DNA from: Tricharina praecox
Lineage: Eukaryota
Direction of reading: 5' to 3'
DNA: 64,000 bases
Assembly (NCBI RefSeq): GCF_024521635.1
Contig: NW_026250412.1
Span: 434,001 to 498,000, forward strand
The position numbers were made by a program, and so were the translations under genes. The notes below the pieces were generated by a model. The model was given only the letters and a program-made list of their open reading frames with translations, was not told the origin of the DNA and ran no database searches. This document shows, one piece after another, positions 35,958 to 48,969 of the stretch (position 1 is its first letter; every line of letters starts with the position of its first letter).

Positions 35958-36369
35958 CTTTGCTGCCGAGGTGAGGTGTGGTGATGTCAAGAGTGGATAT
36001 AGACTCGAGTATAAAGTGGTGTAACTGTAGCTACACTCTTGGGAGGCGACGGTAAATTCCGGCGCGGTCACCCCGCTATTCCTGCTAACTATGGTGGGGC
36101 AGATGGCGGCAACACACGCAAATAAATTTTGAATTACAAATTCATCGCGAGTGAGTTCGAACCGAACACGCATCTGCACCGAAGACACCACAACTGCCCA
36201 CGCTCACTCATCTGCGACCTCCTCTATTTGCTCCACCGGTAGGTATTATCAATCCTTAAATCCACTCGAATATTGCTTGAGTACTAAAGTTACTAGCACT
36301 TTCTCTCCCAGCAGAACCCGAACCCTCCTCGGCCACACCGAAACTATACACCACATACACACATCCGCA

Positions 36370-37779
36370 ATGGCCGCCCCAACAGCGACAAATCCCACCG
36401 TCGAAGACGAGCACGATGACGACAACACCCTGGACATGAACGAGATCGAGGAGATAATCGCGGACGACAGTGACCACGACCACGCCATGGACGAGGACTC
36501 CGACGACGATGCGCCCATGGACGAGGACAACGACGACGACATGCAGCTCGAAGTCGTCAATGACTCCAAAGCCTATTTCGACGGGCACAGCAGCAGCAGT
36601 ATTTTCAGCATCGCCGTCCACCCCACCGACAGCTCACTGTTCCTCACCGGCGGAGGCGACGACGTAGCGCACATCTGGACGTCCGCGCCGTCGTCGGCCG
36701 CCGATGCCGCCGTCACCCCGCGGGAATGCAAGAGCATCCGGAAACTCGAAGCACACAAGGACTCGGTCATCGCGACAGCGTTTACCGCGCCCGACGGCGC
36801 CTACGCGGTCACGGGAGGCCTCGACGGCCAGCTCCAACTTTTTTCCGCCGCCGTTGGCTGGAAGAAGGTCGACTCTGCGCAAGAGGTGGAGGAGATCGTG
36901 TGGATCGCCTCACACCCTAGCGACCCACTGGTGGCGGTGGGAACGAACGAGGGTTCCGTGTGGCTATACGATGTGGACAGCGATGCGCTCAACATCCGAC
37001 ATGTGCTGTACTCGCACACCACTTCATGCACCGCAGGAACTTTCACGAAATCCGGCACGCTGCTGTGTACCGTCTCTGAAGACGGGAGCTTCATTGCCTG
37101 GGACACGTCCTCTGGCCAGGCGATCGTGGCTCTCACATCGAACGACCAGCGGTTCGCAATCGAGGGTGGACTCTACTCCGTCGCCACCTCGCCGAGCGGC
37201 AGCGTCGCGGCCGTCGGCGGTGCGAGCGGTGAAATCCGTATCGTTGGACTCCCCATGGGCGCCGCTCCTGCCACGGGAGGAAAGCGCACTGCTGGTCGCC
37301 CGCAGGCTGGCGGCGGTGGATCCACCGGAGGAGGCCAGGCGGGTCAGATCCTTGCGGCGCTGAACACCCATTCCGAGTCCGTCGAGAGTCTTGCATTCCA
37401 CCCGACTGTTCCTCTCCTCGCCTCGGGCTCCGTCGATGGCAAGATTGGACTCTACGATGTGGCTCGTGGGTTTGCGCTCAGGAAGATGCTGGATGCACAT
37501 GTTGATGCCGTCGTCAAGGTAGAGTTCGCTCCTACCGATGCGTGGGTGTTGACTAGCTGTGGTATCGATGGCACAGTGAAGAGGTGGGATGCTAGAGCGG
37601 GCGTGGAGATTGCGAACTTGAAGGGACATCTGGGTGGTAATGGGAATGAGGGTGAGGGTGGTGTGCTCGGCTTTGTACAGACAAGGGACCGTATCATCAC
37701 GGCGGGTGATGATGGTGTTGCGCTGGTATTTGAGCTTGAGGGAGAGGCGGTCACAGGTATTTCCATTGGTGCGAGGTAA
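36370..37779 (+). CDS. SQT1: WD40 ribosome assembly chaperone Sqt1/AAMP
   Basis: Acidic N-terminus, VNDSKAYFDGHSSSIFSI, TGGGDD, HKDSV, TGGLDG and TAGDDGVALVF. Single exon. Confidence 0.85.
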   Translation: MAAPTATNPTVEDEHDDDNTLDMNEIEEIIADDSDHDHAMDEDSDDDAPMDEDNDDDMQLEVVNDSKAYFDGHSSSSIFSIAVHPTDSSLFLTGGGDDVAHIWTSAPSSAADAAVTPRECKSIRKLEAHKDSVIATAFTAPDGAYAVTGGLDGQLQLFSAAVGWKKVDSAQEVEEIVWIASHPSDPLVAVGTNEGSVWLYDVDSDALNIRHVLYSHTTSCTAGTFTKSGTLLCTVSEDGSFIAWDTSSGQAIVALTSNDQRFAIEGGLYSVATSPSGSVAAVGGASGEIRIVGLPMGAAPATGGKRTAGRPQAGGGGSTGGGQAGQILAALNTHSESVESLAFHPTVPLLASGSVDGKIGLYDVARGFALRKMLDAHVDAVVKVEFAPTDAWVLTSCGIDGTVKRWDARAGVEIANLKGHLGGNGNEGEGGVLGFVQTRDRIITAGDDGVALVFELEGEAVTGISIGAR

Positions 37780-38068
37780 AAGTAGAGGTGTTTTAAAGGT
37801 TTCATAGAAGGGTTTCTGCGCGAGTGATGCGTTATGGTGGATTTTTTTATATATATACCGGGGATTATCAATTGCAAACTTGCTGGAATAAAAGTTGAAT
37901 CGAAAGTCTTTGGTTTGTTCAATTCTAAAAATCTATTCTTGCCCCCATAAGAAAGCTTCGAGGCCTCTCTGCATCATAGCAAAAAAAAAAGCGATATTCA
38001 GCCCATTAATATAATGCACCGTAAACTCCGTTCCTAGAAACTTTTCCCCGCCGAGAAGTAAACCCTCT

Positions 38069-39266
38069 TCATTTACTAGTCAGACCCTTCCTCTGCATGG
38101 CGCCGCTGAGCCAATCCATATACTCGCTCTTCGAAGTACTGCACTTCAGCTTCTTCGCGAGCTCAGGATCCTTGAGGCAGAGCATCTCGTACTGGTCCCA
38201 TGCTGCATCCTCGTCTTGATCTATCCAGTGCAGCTTCTTCCATTCCTCCTCTTCGGCGAGACGCAATGCCTTCATAGTCGAGCTCATCTGGGACACTTCC
38301 TGGTTGACTGTCATGTGCACCGCGCGGGCCTGCGCTGGTTTCTCAGGCTCCTCGGCGTCGCGGAGAGACCTGCTTTGCGCCCTCTCTGCAGCATGTTGCG
38401 CGTCGACGTGATAGAACTGAGGTCGTAGTTGAAGGGTGGAGCGAACCGGAGTGACGTGTAGTTGGTCTGCGACAGAGGTTTAGATATGTGCAAAACAAAG
38501 ATGGAGGCGTGCAGGTAGATAACGTACCGCCCGTAAAGACCCCAACCATATACTTGGCTTCATCGGCCTGTATCTTACTTCCCAGTGTCTGTTTACTCAA
38601 TATCCTCCCCTTCTTGACCGCCTCCTGGAAGTCCACGAACATAATATCGTCCTCTTCCTCATCATCATCCTCTCCCTTAACCTTCCTCCTCTTCCCCGCC
38701 CTCGGACCGATCGCCTTCCCTGGCAACCCGCTCTCCTTCGCCTGTTGATTCTTCCTCAGCACATCACCCCAGATCCTGCCCTTTTCTTGATCGAAGTTGA
38801 TCGCGGTATTAACGGGCACATCAACTTCCACCAGTCCTGCCTTCGGTTTCCACCTCGCGTCGACGGGACACGAGCTCTGCGCCTTGTTGTACGGCTTCGT
38901 CTTTGAGCGCACCGGGTACTGGAATAGATATAGGCTCTCAGCGAGTTCCTCGGTCATGAAGATGTCATACTCGCGGACTACGGGATCCTCGTCGGATTCG
39001 TAGTCGTCGTCGTCCTCGCTGGGTGAGGCTGGCTCGGAGTCGCTGGCGTCATCGCTGATGTCGACATTGAGCCTCGGGGGTGCCGGAGCTTTGCATGTGG
39101 TAGTTGTCTCGTTGTCCTCTGAGTCGGAATAATTCGTACCTGAAGGGCCGGGACCGAACAGCGGGGTGTCTTCTGTAATTTCGGTGGCGATGGGTACTGG
39201 CGGTGAGGTCGCTGATTGCAATGTGGATTGCTTGCCGGCACGGGCGACCTTTGGTGCTGGAGGCAT
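38069..39266 (-). CDS. RPC37: RNA polymerase III subunit Rpc37/RPC5 (2 exons)
   Basis: EDPVVREYDIF, LYLFQYPVR and YMVGVFTG|DQLHVTPVRSTLQLRPQFYHVD. C-terminal AEEEEWKKL..ID. Confidence 0.88.
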
Positions 39267-39400
39267 GGTGGGGGTTGAGTTGAGTGGTGAATGGTAGGTT
39301 ACTCAGAGATGCGACTTGGATACTCTAGATGCCTTTCGAGAAGCTTGGCACGGGATTCTCCGTCAATTTCAGCCTAGTAAAGTACAAGGGTGAAAGGGTA

Positions 39401-39736
39401 AGTCGTGACCACCTCAAATTCGTCGTAAGTGTGATATATAGACTCTCAGAGTCCCGACTCCATGATTTGAATGGCAACTGCACTATTTGCTTTCTCAGTG
39501 CTGCCGAGTCAATGTTGACTCCCCACATCCGAGTTGCGCGGGATAGTTAAAATAGTCTATTTTACACCAACCAAGTTCCAACATCCATCCCCACTACATA
39601 CAAGGCGATCTCCAGCATGAGGCCTAGTATCTAGTTGATCTCCACACAAAATCTCACTTATTTCGCTGCAACCGGCCAGTGTATGGCCCTTTTAGGGCTG
39701 GCCTCCCGTACAACTGCAATGGAGACGGTCACGACT
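39401..39736. mobile_element. Putative MITE (336 bp) with terminal inverted repeats and TA flanks
   Basis: TA|AGTCGTGACCacCTCaaATT at the left end and AATgGAGacGGTCACGACT|TA at the right end. No recognisable coding capacity. Confidence 0.55.
39431..39560 (-). other. Copy 2 of the dispersed structured non-coding element
   Basis: Colinear sequence blocks shared with 16137-16252. Carries an extra hairpin, GAGTCAA-TG-TTGACTC. Confidence 0.75.
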
Positions 39737-39914
39737 TAAGGCTTCCTCCTTCTACACACCCTTAACACAAGTAACAGGACCCAACTTTTTGATACCCAGC
39801 CAAACTGAAAACACGATTCATCATCAACGCAAATCCATATCCGCCCAATTCCGCTTCTCGTAGGGTAACAAAGCAGGAGTTTTCTCAATTCGTGTCAATC
39901 GGAACTGTGGTATT

Positions 39915-41091
39915 CTATACCATCACATGGCTGAACAAGAACGACACACTCTCACCGTTGTGTGTCCGCCTACACGCCTCCGCAATCTGCATCACACATC
40001 AGCACTCGCGCCTTTCATCGTTCACCGCGGGGAACAAACCGTAGGAGCAACGTCAATCGTATCGATTTTAGGACATCTCTTCTTCTTGTCCTCATGCGGA
40101 ACAGTATCCGTAACCACCAATCTACTCAGCCTGCTGTTTGACACCTTCTCGCAGGCATCACCCGAGAGGATACCGTGTGTTACGATGGCAACCACCTCCT
40201 TCGCTCCGTTGCTCATCAGCACGTCGGCAGCTTTGCAGAGGGTTCCGCAGGTATCTGCCATGTCGTCCACCAGGATTGCGATCTTCCCGGTCACGTCTCC
40301 GACCAGCGTCATTCGGGACACCTCGTTAGGCCGTGAGCGCTCCTTGTGAATGAGGGCGAAGTTCAGGTCCAGTCGGTCGGCGAGAGCGGTGGCACGCTTT
40401 GCTCCGCCGGCGTCGGGAGAGACGATCACGGCGTTCTTGTAGTCGAAGTGTTCGCGGATGTAGCGGAGGGTGAGGGGTTCGGCGTACAGGCTATTTACTC
40501 TACTATCAGTCCTCTTGCGTCCTTATTGAGTGCGCGTGGTGAATCAGACTCACTTATCGACTGGTACATCAAAGAAGCCCTGTATCTGCGACGCATGGAG
40601 GTCCATCGTGATGACATGGTCGCACCCGGAGCGCTGAATCATATTCGCAATGAGTTTCGCTGAGATCGGTGCACGGGATTTGTCCTTCTTGTCCTGACGG
40701 GCGTATGGGAAGTTTGGCATAATGGCGGTGATGCGACGAGCAGACGCGGTCTTGCAAGCTTTGGCGATGATCAGAAGCTCCATCAGGTGGTCGTTCAAAT
40801 CCTCGCCGGGACATGTTGTCTGCAGGATGAATACATCCTCGTCGCGGACCGACTCTCGCATTATGACCGAGGTCTCTTGGTTCGAGTATTTGAATACGCT
40901 CATGTCTAGAAGCTCAACTCCCAGTCTCGTAGATGTCAGCGCATGCTTTGAACCACCGCGCTCACCGCCATCGCCACCCACCACCACCGCGCCCACCGCT
41001 AGAATATTGTGATTGCATACCGGTCTGCTACTCGCTTCGCTAACTCGGGGTGGGAGTTTCCGGTGAGAAGTTTGATTGAGTTGGAAGCCAT
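39915..41091 (-). CDS. PRS2: Ribose-phosphate pyrophosphokinase (PRS2/PRS4 type; 4 exons)
   Basis: [60 protein letters not shown] and [10 protein letters not shown]. Ends [15 protein letters not shown]. The paralogue number is tentative. Confidence 0.9.
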
Positions 41092-41603
41092 GTCTGCTTG
41101 TTGTTTGCGTTTTGCAGCAAGTGATCGCAGGTATGGACTGGCAAGAGCTTCCGAACTTTTCTTTTCTTCGACTTCCAAACGGCTTGGAACGGTTGAATTA
41201 AAGCTTCTGGTCGTGTCAGCGTTCCGCGACAATAGAACTTCTCAAGACGACCCCACAAGAGCACTCCGAACACGCACAGTAGAAAAGCACAAGCAAACAA
41301 AAAAAAAGTTATATTGGTTGGCGGGGATACGAGCTGTGGGGGGATGGAGGGGCATTCCACAAGCGGGCACGCCAGGGACTCCTCAAACCGACTAGCCGGG
41401 TAAAGAACATCACTACCCGCGCTAATCCCGTTACGCCATTCTCTTTGCGAACACGGAGAAGAGAGCTGTGGCTGTTGCTCTAAGCCATCATCGATCTGAA
41501 TCTAACAAGCTGTCCTTCCTGGAGAAACAACTTTCCAACACCACCACATACCAACCACACGCACTATCACGACGTCACGAACGAGAAATAGAATCTTGCC
41601 ATC

Positions 41604-42872
41604 ATGGTAAGCTTTTACTCAGGCAGTAGGGGGAAAAAAAGTGCAGGGTTGACTGACCAAATGTGGTATATAGACGCACACCCAAATGTCGAACCTCCAC
41701 GAGGACATGATCGTGAGCGCCCCAATCCCGGATCCACACAAACAATACCAGTATTGACTCGTATGGCCCTTTAGCATGATGCCGCTCTGGATTACTACGG
41801 CAAGCGCCTCGCAGTATGCACAATGCCCCTCCTAACCAACTGGCCAGCAAACCTTATTAAGACATCTATACACAGACCTGCTCCTCCGACAAGACCATCA
41901 AGATCTTCGAAGTCGACCGCGAGAACCACCGCCTGCTCGAGACACTACGAGGGTACACGCCGTCACCCCCTCATACTCCCATACCCACGGCTGACATGCT
42001 GTGCTCTACAGCCACAACGGCCCCGTCTGGCAGGTCTCCTGGGCGCACCCCAAATTTGGCAACATCCTCGCGAGCGCCTCCTACGACGGCAAGGTGATAA
42101 TCTGGCAGGAGCGACAAGGCCAATGGTCGAAGCTGATTGAGCACGCGAACCACCACGCCTCTGGTGCGTTTCCCCCCTCCCTCCCCTCCCTCTCTTCCCA
42201 ATCCAGCTAAACATGCCATAGTCAACGCGGTACAGTGGGGCCCGCATGAGCTCGGCGCGATCCTCGCCTGCGCCTCCAGCGACGGAAAAGTCTCAGTCCT
42301 CGAGTTCAAAGACGATGGCTCGTGGGATACCAAGACCTTCAGCGCGCACGCAATCGGCTGCAACAGTGTCTCCTGGGCACCTGCCACCACCCCCGGAAGC
42401 CTCGTGCAGACCTCGCAGCCGTCTGCGCCCGCCACTCAGCGAAAGTTCGTTACCGGTGGTAGCGACAACCTCGTCAAGATCTGGAGCTTCAAGTTTGTCC
42501 CCCCCTCCCGGACGAAGGAACTATGGAAGGATAGTTGCTGATTGATTTAGTGCCGAGGTCGGAACTTACACCGAAGAAACCACGCTCGAGGGCCACCAGG
42601 ACTGGGTCCGTGATGTTGCCTGGGCGCCCAGCATCCTCCCCAAATCCTACATCGCGTCGGCGAGCCAGGACAAGAGCGTGATCATCTGGACTGCCGAGAG
42701 CGCCGAGGGCCCCTGGACGAAGAAGGTGCTCCCCATGGACTCGGTCATGTGGCGGGTCTCTTGGAGTCTTAGCGGAAACGTGCTGGCGGCCAGCGGAGGA
42801 GATAATAAGGTTACCCTGTGGAAGGAGACATTGAAGGGTGAATGGGAGAAGGTCAGTAGTGTCGAGGAGTAA
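41604..42872 (+). CDS. SEC13: COPII/nucleoporin WD40 protein Sec13 (first coding exon is the ATG alone)
   Basis: ATG|gtaagc, then [57 protein letters not shown] and [13 protein letters not shown]. Confidence 0.95.
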
Positions 42873-43287
42873 ATTTGCGGGTTTCTTGTGTAGCATTGTC
42901 GATTTTACTTGCTTGCTTCGATAACCCTCACGAAAAACTTTGGTACCTTTTTGCAGCGAAGTTGGATGGCGGGATAATGATGGGTTGGAAAGTCTTATAC
43001 TTCTTTACTACCGATAGACAATTGTAGGCGGCGCAGCGAATATCAAAATTTGTGGGGGTTGGTTAGGTTTTTTTACGAGCTGCTTGAACCCCCTATGTGA
43101 TCAAAACAGACACCGATTCACGTACGCGCATTTGCAAGTAATGTCTTTATGTTTCGACTGCCCACGATCAATAAATCCCGCTTTTCCATCTAACATCCCC
43201 CCATCCCACCGACCACTACACTACTGAAGCACCCCATCCACAAGCCAAGCAAGGTATCTCAGACATTTCCCATAAAAGGAAGAATAA

Positions 43288-45039
43288 TTACGTGCCAGGC
43301 CCACCCAAGAGGGCAAACCGCCTCACGATGCTAGGACCAATCTCATCGTACTCGGCCTTGGTGTGGCAGTAACTCCTGAACTCGGGAGTCTGACCCAACA
43401 AACTTCCTCCGAACCATGGTCCGTGACGTTGTCGCTTGTGTGTGATGACCTGGACCTCAAGGCCGCCGGACTTGGCGCCACCGGAGCGGGCCTCTGATGC
43501 GCGGAGGCGGTCGTCGACTAGGTGGCGGATGTCGCGCTGGAGACGACGACCAAAGTCTTTGTAGAGTGTTGAACCACCCGAGAGGACAATGTTCTACCCA
43601 TGCGGCTTAGCCATAGGTTGTGGGAGTGGGGAGGGAGTGAACATACCTTGTAAAGGCCTCTCCTAACATCAATAGGAGAGGACTGAATGACATTGTCGAC
43701 GACATTGGGTAGCGGCGTCAAGAAATCACTGGAGTAGATCTCGGGATTGAAGAAGATCTCCGGCGCCAAAAAGCGCTCGTAACCCACGTCAACGGTTACC
43801 TTCTTTCCGCCGAGCTGCTCGACAACGTACTTCTGGAAGCGCTCGGGCTCGCGGTCGAAGCGCGTGAATTCCTTCACGATGTCGGGACAAACGTAGCAAA
43901 GCTCCTCCTTGATCTGCTCAGCGGTCTTGAGCGACGAGTCGGGCTCGCCACGGTCTCGTAGTAGCGATTGAACGAAGTACGTGATGTCTCGTCCGGCAAT
44001 GGGGATCGATTTGATAGATGAACCAATGACGTATCCTTCGGCCTGTGAGAGAAGTCCGGTTTAGTTCGGAGTAGCCTGTGGGAGTGTGTGCGGAGGGAAG
44101 CTTACGACTGGGATAACGTGGGTGACACCGTCTCCAGAGTCAATCACGGTTCCTGTCAAGCTCCGGTCCTGAACCTTGTTGCTGGTCCAGCTTGCGGCGA
44201 GAGCGAGCACAGCTTGGACGGCGATGTAGAGACCGGCACAGTTAAAGGATTCGAACATGATCTCGGCAGTGTTTTCTCGGGATTCCGGAGGATTGAGTGG
44301 CTAAATTGTGGATGCATTTAGCTTTGCTGCTATGTCTATCCAACTTCAAGAAGTCCAGAACATACCGGCTCGGTGAGGAGGAAGTAGTGGTCCTCGGGTT
44401 CAACGCGTAGGTACTTGAAGATGGAATTCTGCCAAAAGCGCTCCATGTGATCCTGCGATACACGTCAGCTACCAAAGAGCATACGCAAAACATCCTCCGT
44501 ATCACATACCCAGTTGTCAACCTGTCCATGCCTTATGGGGTAATTGATGCTGTATCCTGCAGTGCTTCTCCATCAGTCGTTGAGCCAACTATAGCTCCCG
44601 GGACGGGAAACCGAGCTAGCGTACCGGGACCCGCAGCTTGAGCAAGAGCTTCATCTCCAATGAAATAGTCCAAATCCTCAGTTCCTCTCTTTGCGCTCAG
44701 ATGACCGGAAGGTCCTCCTCCTCCAGTGAGATATGATGGCTTCTGAGCCACAGCTGGACGTCCCGGACCTCCGGCGCCGCCGCCGGCCGGACCCTTTGTC
44801 GCGATCGCCGTGGGGAAAACGAAGGAAGGAGAATCATTGCCGGCGAATCCTGTATACTCTTAGCTCGAGAGAAGACCGAATTGGGCTGAGGCGATGCGAC
44901 GAACCCAATTTCGAATACCCTGTGCCGCTGTTTGGAAGCTGTGTCAGTAAACGTTGATTCTGGGGATGCGTGGCCGGCGAAGCTGGAGGTGCGCGGGAGC
45001 TTACTTGTCCATGACAACGGCTGGAGTCTGAGAAGCCAT
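43288..45039 (-). CDS. ARP3: Actin-related protein 3 (Arp2/3 complex), multi-exon
   Basis: [64 protein letters not shown] and [15 protein letters not shown]. Confidence 0.96.
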
Positions 45040-46229
45040 AGCGGAGGATGGTATCTACACGTCGATATTGGAAAGCTGCAGATGACAGTTGAATGGAATC
45101 TAAGCGTGTTCGTGGTGAGCTGTTTGGAGTGTTAGGGGAGAGGCGGGGGGATGAACGTTTACGTTAGGCTGTTGCGTCGGAGGCTCCCAAAATGTCTCGG
45201 CACTGGATTGCTCCGCCTATCACTCGCACCGGCATCACCGGACTAAGCCCAAAGAGCTTTACACACATAACCCTGCGAAAGCCCCAAAGCGGGTCGTAGC
45301 ACGGGAAGCGCTGGTGGAGCATGGCTGAGCTGTTTGCTGATGCGAGATGCAACCCAGCAAGTAGATATTCAATTGGCTCTGAAAGGGGTTTTCGATAAAT
45401 GACCAGAGTAGCGTATTTGCATTTTAAGCTCAAGCTTAAGGCCATACCACTGGGACAAAAAACTAGCAGCATCAGGCGAAGCTCTTCACATAAAATGACT
45501 CGGATATTTCCGAACTCGAAAGTTGAAACTAAGAGAAGAACTTGACTTGATTGATGTAATGATACGAGAAAGATGAGAAAGACGAGGAAGAAGACTGCTT
45601 ATAATGGAAGACGGAGATGAAGCCGGAGACAGAAAATGCGACGATAGCCGTCGCCGGACTGGGCTGAGGGCTGAGGGCTTAAAGAGGCTGATTCTGGTGA
45701 GAAGCCAGGGACAATGCTAAGAAGCCACGAAGGCCATGAAGGCTGTATGCGATGCAAAGGGACAGAGAAAAGTGCCAGTGACACCGGAATAGGTAGGCAA
45801 TAAGACGCACAATGTCAACAATCGGAACAGCACTTTGGGCGTGCTAACAACCAGCCCGTAAGGATGGATGAGTATGATGTCTTCGTGAGTCGTTTGTCCC
45901 GGCAACTGTCCGCTTAGGGGTTGAGGAAGAAAGGTGTATCAACGTCGGGAACAAGATTGTCGATGGAGTGTAGGAGGAAATTGGTGATGGTTTATTCCTA
46001 GTCTAGGGAAGACGAGGCGATAGGACAAGAACAAACTCGTCCCATAGGCCTACCAGTATGTTCAATTAAGAGGCTGTGATGGTTATATTCACGAGAGTCC
46101 GCAGGAAAGTGATCCATTGGCCTCAGGCTGGGGACGTAAAAGTGCTCAGGGACCAGATCTACTTGAATCTCATTGACGTACCACTATTCGCCTATCCATC
46201 CTCCCAAGCAATTGCTAACCCGACAGCAT

Positions 46230-48163
46230 TTACGCATGCGAGTTTGTCTTCATGATCTCCTCCTCCACTATCCTAAATCCCTTCATGACACTGCCATACT
46301 CCTCCCAAACACCCTCCTTATACGCATCCCCGATCCTAACCGCGTGCGTCTCTTCCTCCCAATATCTATCCACATAATCCTCGAACGCCTCACTCCCCTT
46401 CCTCTCCAGCGCCCACGCAGCATAGTAAGACGCACCTAGCGCACACGCATTGCTGCCGATATCCAACTTATATGCACCCTCGAAGCCGCCGAGGACCTCG
46501 GCTGTAATACTCATGATAGCCGCGTTCCTGCTCCCACCACCAACAAAGTACAGTCTGCGCGGTTGGGCCTTGTGTCCGTTGTGCGCGTCGGGAGAGAGCA
46601 GTGCTTCTGAGCGCATACGCATGGATAGTGCTTGGGACTCGATAATGGCGCGGACGTCATCGTGCGGGAGGTTCCAGCCCTCTTGCGTCTCCTTGATCGT
46701 TCCGTCCGTGGCAGAGTAATTGTATCGCCAGGTGCCTTTGTTCGCGCTGGGAATGTTTTCTGGAAGCGGGAAGTAGACGCCGATTTTGGCCGGGTCTGAG
46801 GAGGTGGACCGTCCAGCGACTTGCGTCGAGTCCACGGCTTTGCCAAATTCGGCCCAGGACTTGTCAGTGACCCCTTTGGACTTGTTTATTTCGTCTCGTA
46901 CGCCTTCACGAGCAAGGGCACCGTTGCAGTAGCAGAGCATGAACATGTACAGCCCCTTGGTGGTCGGGTGGTTGAAGAGGTGGTATTCGGTTGAGGGATA
47001 GTAGGTGGGAGTGGACATCAGGAGGGTTGTTGATGTGCCCAAGGAGACGATTGCATCCAGAGGCCTCAAAGGAAGTGCAAGAATTGTGGAGGGGTTGTCA
47101 CCAGTGAAAGGCAGAATTGCACAGTCTGTAAAGTGGATATGTCAGCCTCCAGGTCGTACGTGGCCGTAAGGGAAGAACCCACCAGAACTGAACCCAAAGC
47201 GCTCAACAAACCACTTCGAGATACCCCCCAGAATACTGCCCATGTTATGCGCGACATTCCCAAGCTTTGCAGATAATCCCGCCACACCACTTTTGGAGTC
47301 TTCGGCGGTGAGGGCAAGCAGTTTCTTGTCCCAACAGTCGCCTTGGATGTCCCAGAGGTTCATTCCGCATACATCGCTGATATCAAGCGGTGCAATGCGT
47401 CCAAGGAATAGTGAACACAGGAATGAGGAGACGAGAGAGATGCGTGCAGTCTTTTCGTATACCTCAGGGTTCTGACGGTGGAATTTCTTGATCTGCGGCC
47501 CGGTGAAACGCTGCACAACCACAAGTCAGCCGGAAACTGGCCGGGAACGCTGGAGAAACGTGACTGACATGATGCGCCTTCGAGCCCGTAATCCGTGCTA
47601 GTGCTTCACCGCCACCAGTGGCTTCCTCAAATTGCTCACACTCCTTCTGCGTGCTGTGATCTTGCCAGTTCGGACTCCAAGGGTGTGTGAAAGCTCCATC
47701 CTTCAGTTGGTCGACGAGGGACGCCTTGGGATCGAGCGACGCAAGAATCTCCTCCGCTTTTTCTGACCAGTATCTGTCCCGCTTTTAGCAAGGGTCGTAT
47801 GACGGGGTAGATTCGCCATACACACTGCCATGCTGTTGTCCAGCACCAGAAATACCCTTAACGGAAGAAAAGTCGAAGCCGCTCGCCTTCATCTGAGTGA
47901 GGAGGATATCGAGCGCCTCAATCCACATGGCAACTGGTGCGTAAACCTCGTGGTCTACCTCGTTCTTGTGGACCCCGCCATGAACGCCATAGTGGGGCGT
48001 GTCTTTGTCAAAGAGGATAGCTTCCTCGTGGACTGGCTTGAGGTCGGCGGTCACAGCAAGACCTGTTCGGGACGTCAGAACAAGACTCAACTTACTCCGA
48101 TGCGGGGTTCGTACACTTCAAACCAGAGGAGGAGAGGTCGAATCCGATGTATGTTGCGGGCAT
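46230..48163 (-). CDS. XKS1: Xylulokinase (FGGY family), 5 exons
   Basis: YIGFDLS, ISGAGQQHGSV|YW, SPNWQDHST, TGSKAHH|RFTGPQI, DVCGMNLWDI, FTGDNPSTI, SLGTSTT and VGGGSRN. Confidence 0.92.
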
Positions 48164-48969
48164 AGCTGGAGCTTGGACAATCAGGGACAATGGAAGAGAT
48201 TTATTTGGTGAAAATTGTGCAACGGTATGAGCGACAGAGATCCTGGAAGAATAGATAGACAGACGGATGGTAGAAACATCGCAGTCGTGATGCACCTTTT
48301 GTACCTGCTTCTGCTGCCGTTTGATTTTCGATGGCGGTGGGAGTGCTCTAGTTTGGCTATTGTGAAAGCTCCCACTTTATCCGCGCATTTATCCGTCGCG
48401 TATCTACGGTTGTCTAGATGGGTGCTCCGCCAACTCGGGGAAAGACACGGCTGGATAGCTGGATGAATTGGATTGCTATACCAAAGAATTTGGCTGCAGA
48501 TTTTCTTCGGGCATTTGTGGGCCGTGGCTCCAGTGCGGAGTAGATTAAAAACTCGGAAATCTGGAGGATATCCGGATCCACGGACGTATGGGTACCCTGT
48601 GGACTGTGAGTGAATTGAGGCCTGGTAGATGCTGTGCAAAGGCCTCATCATCACTGTGAGCTCACATGTAGACTCCTAGGGTATTTGGGCAGTGTCTTTA
48701 AGCAGCGGGGAGACATCTCTGGAGTTGCATGGCACAAAGGTTGCATGTAACTGTTGTTGAGGATTGGCTCTGAGTCCTCGCTTGAGTCGAGGCTTATTGC
48801 GGCTCATTGCTACGAGACGTCACCACCTCACGACGCAAGACACAACAACACTCCAATCCCCGTGACCTCCAGCTCGACAAGTCGGAGCTCACCCGTGTGC
48901 AACAACCCACCCTCGGAGACGGAGAGATTCACTACTTCAATTATCGATTGATTCTACTTCTCAGGCTGA

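Noticed and set aside
36151-36369. N-terminal extensions in the ORF track for SQT1 (and INSIG 30415-30669, MOG1 22899-22943, peroxiredoxin-like 56473-56730)
   Set aside because: Mostly non-ATG starts or low-complexity 5' UTR; the downstream ATGs have better context and fit the family N-termini.
45164-46170. Short ORFs between ARP3 and XKS1 (and at 34795-35205, 56755-57579 and 62985-63360)
   Set aside because: No family resemblance or consistent exon structure.
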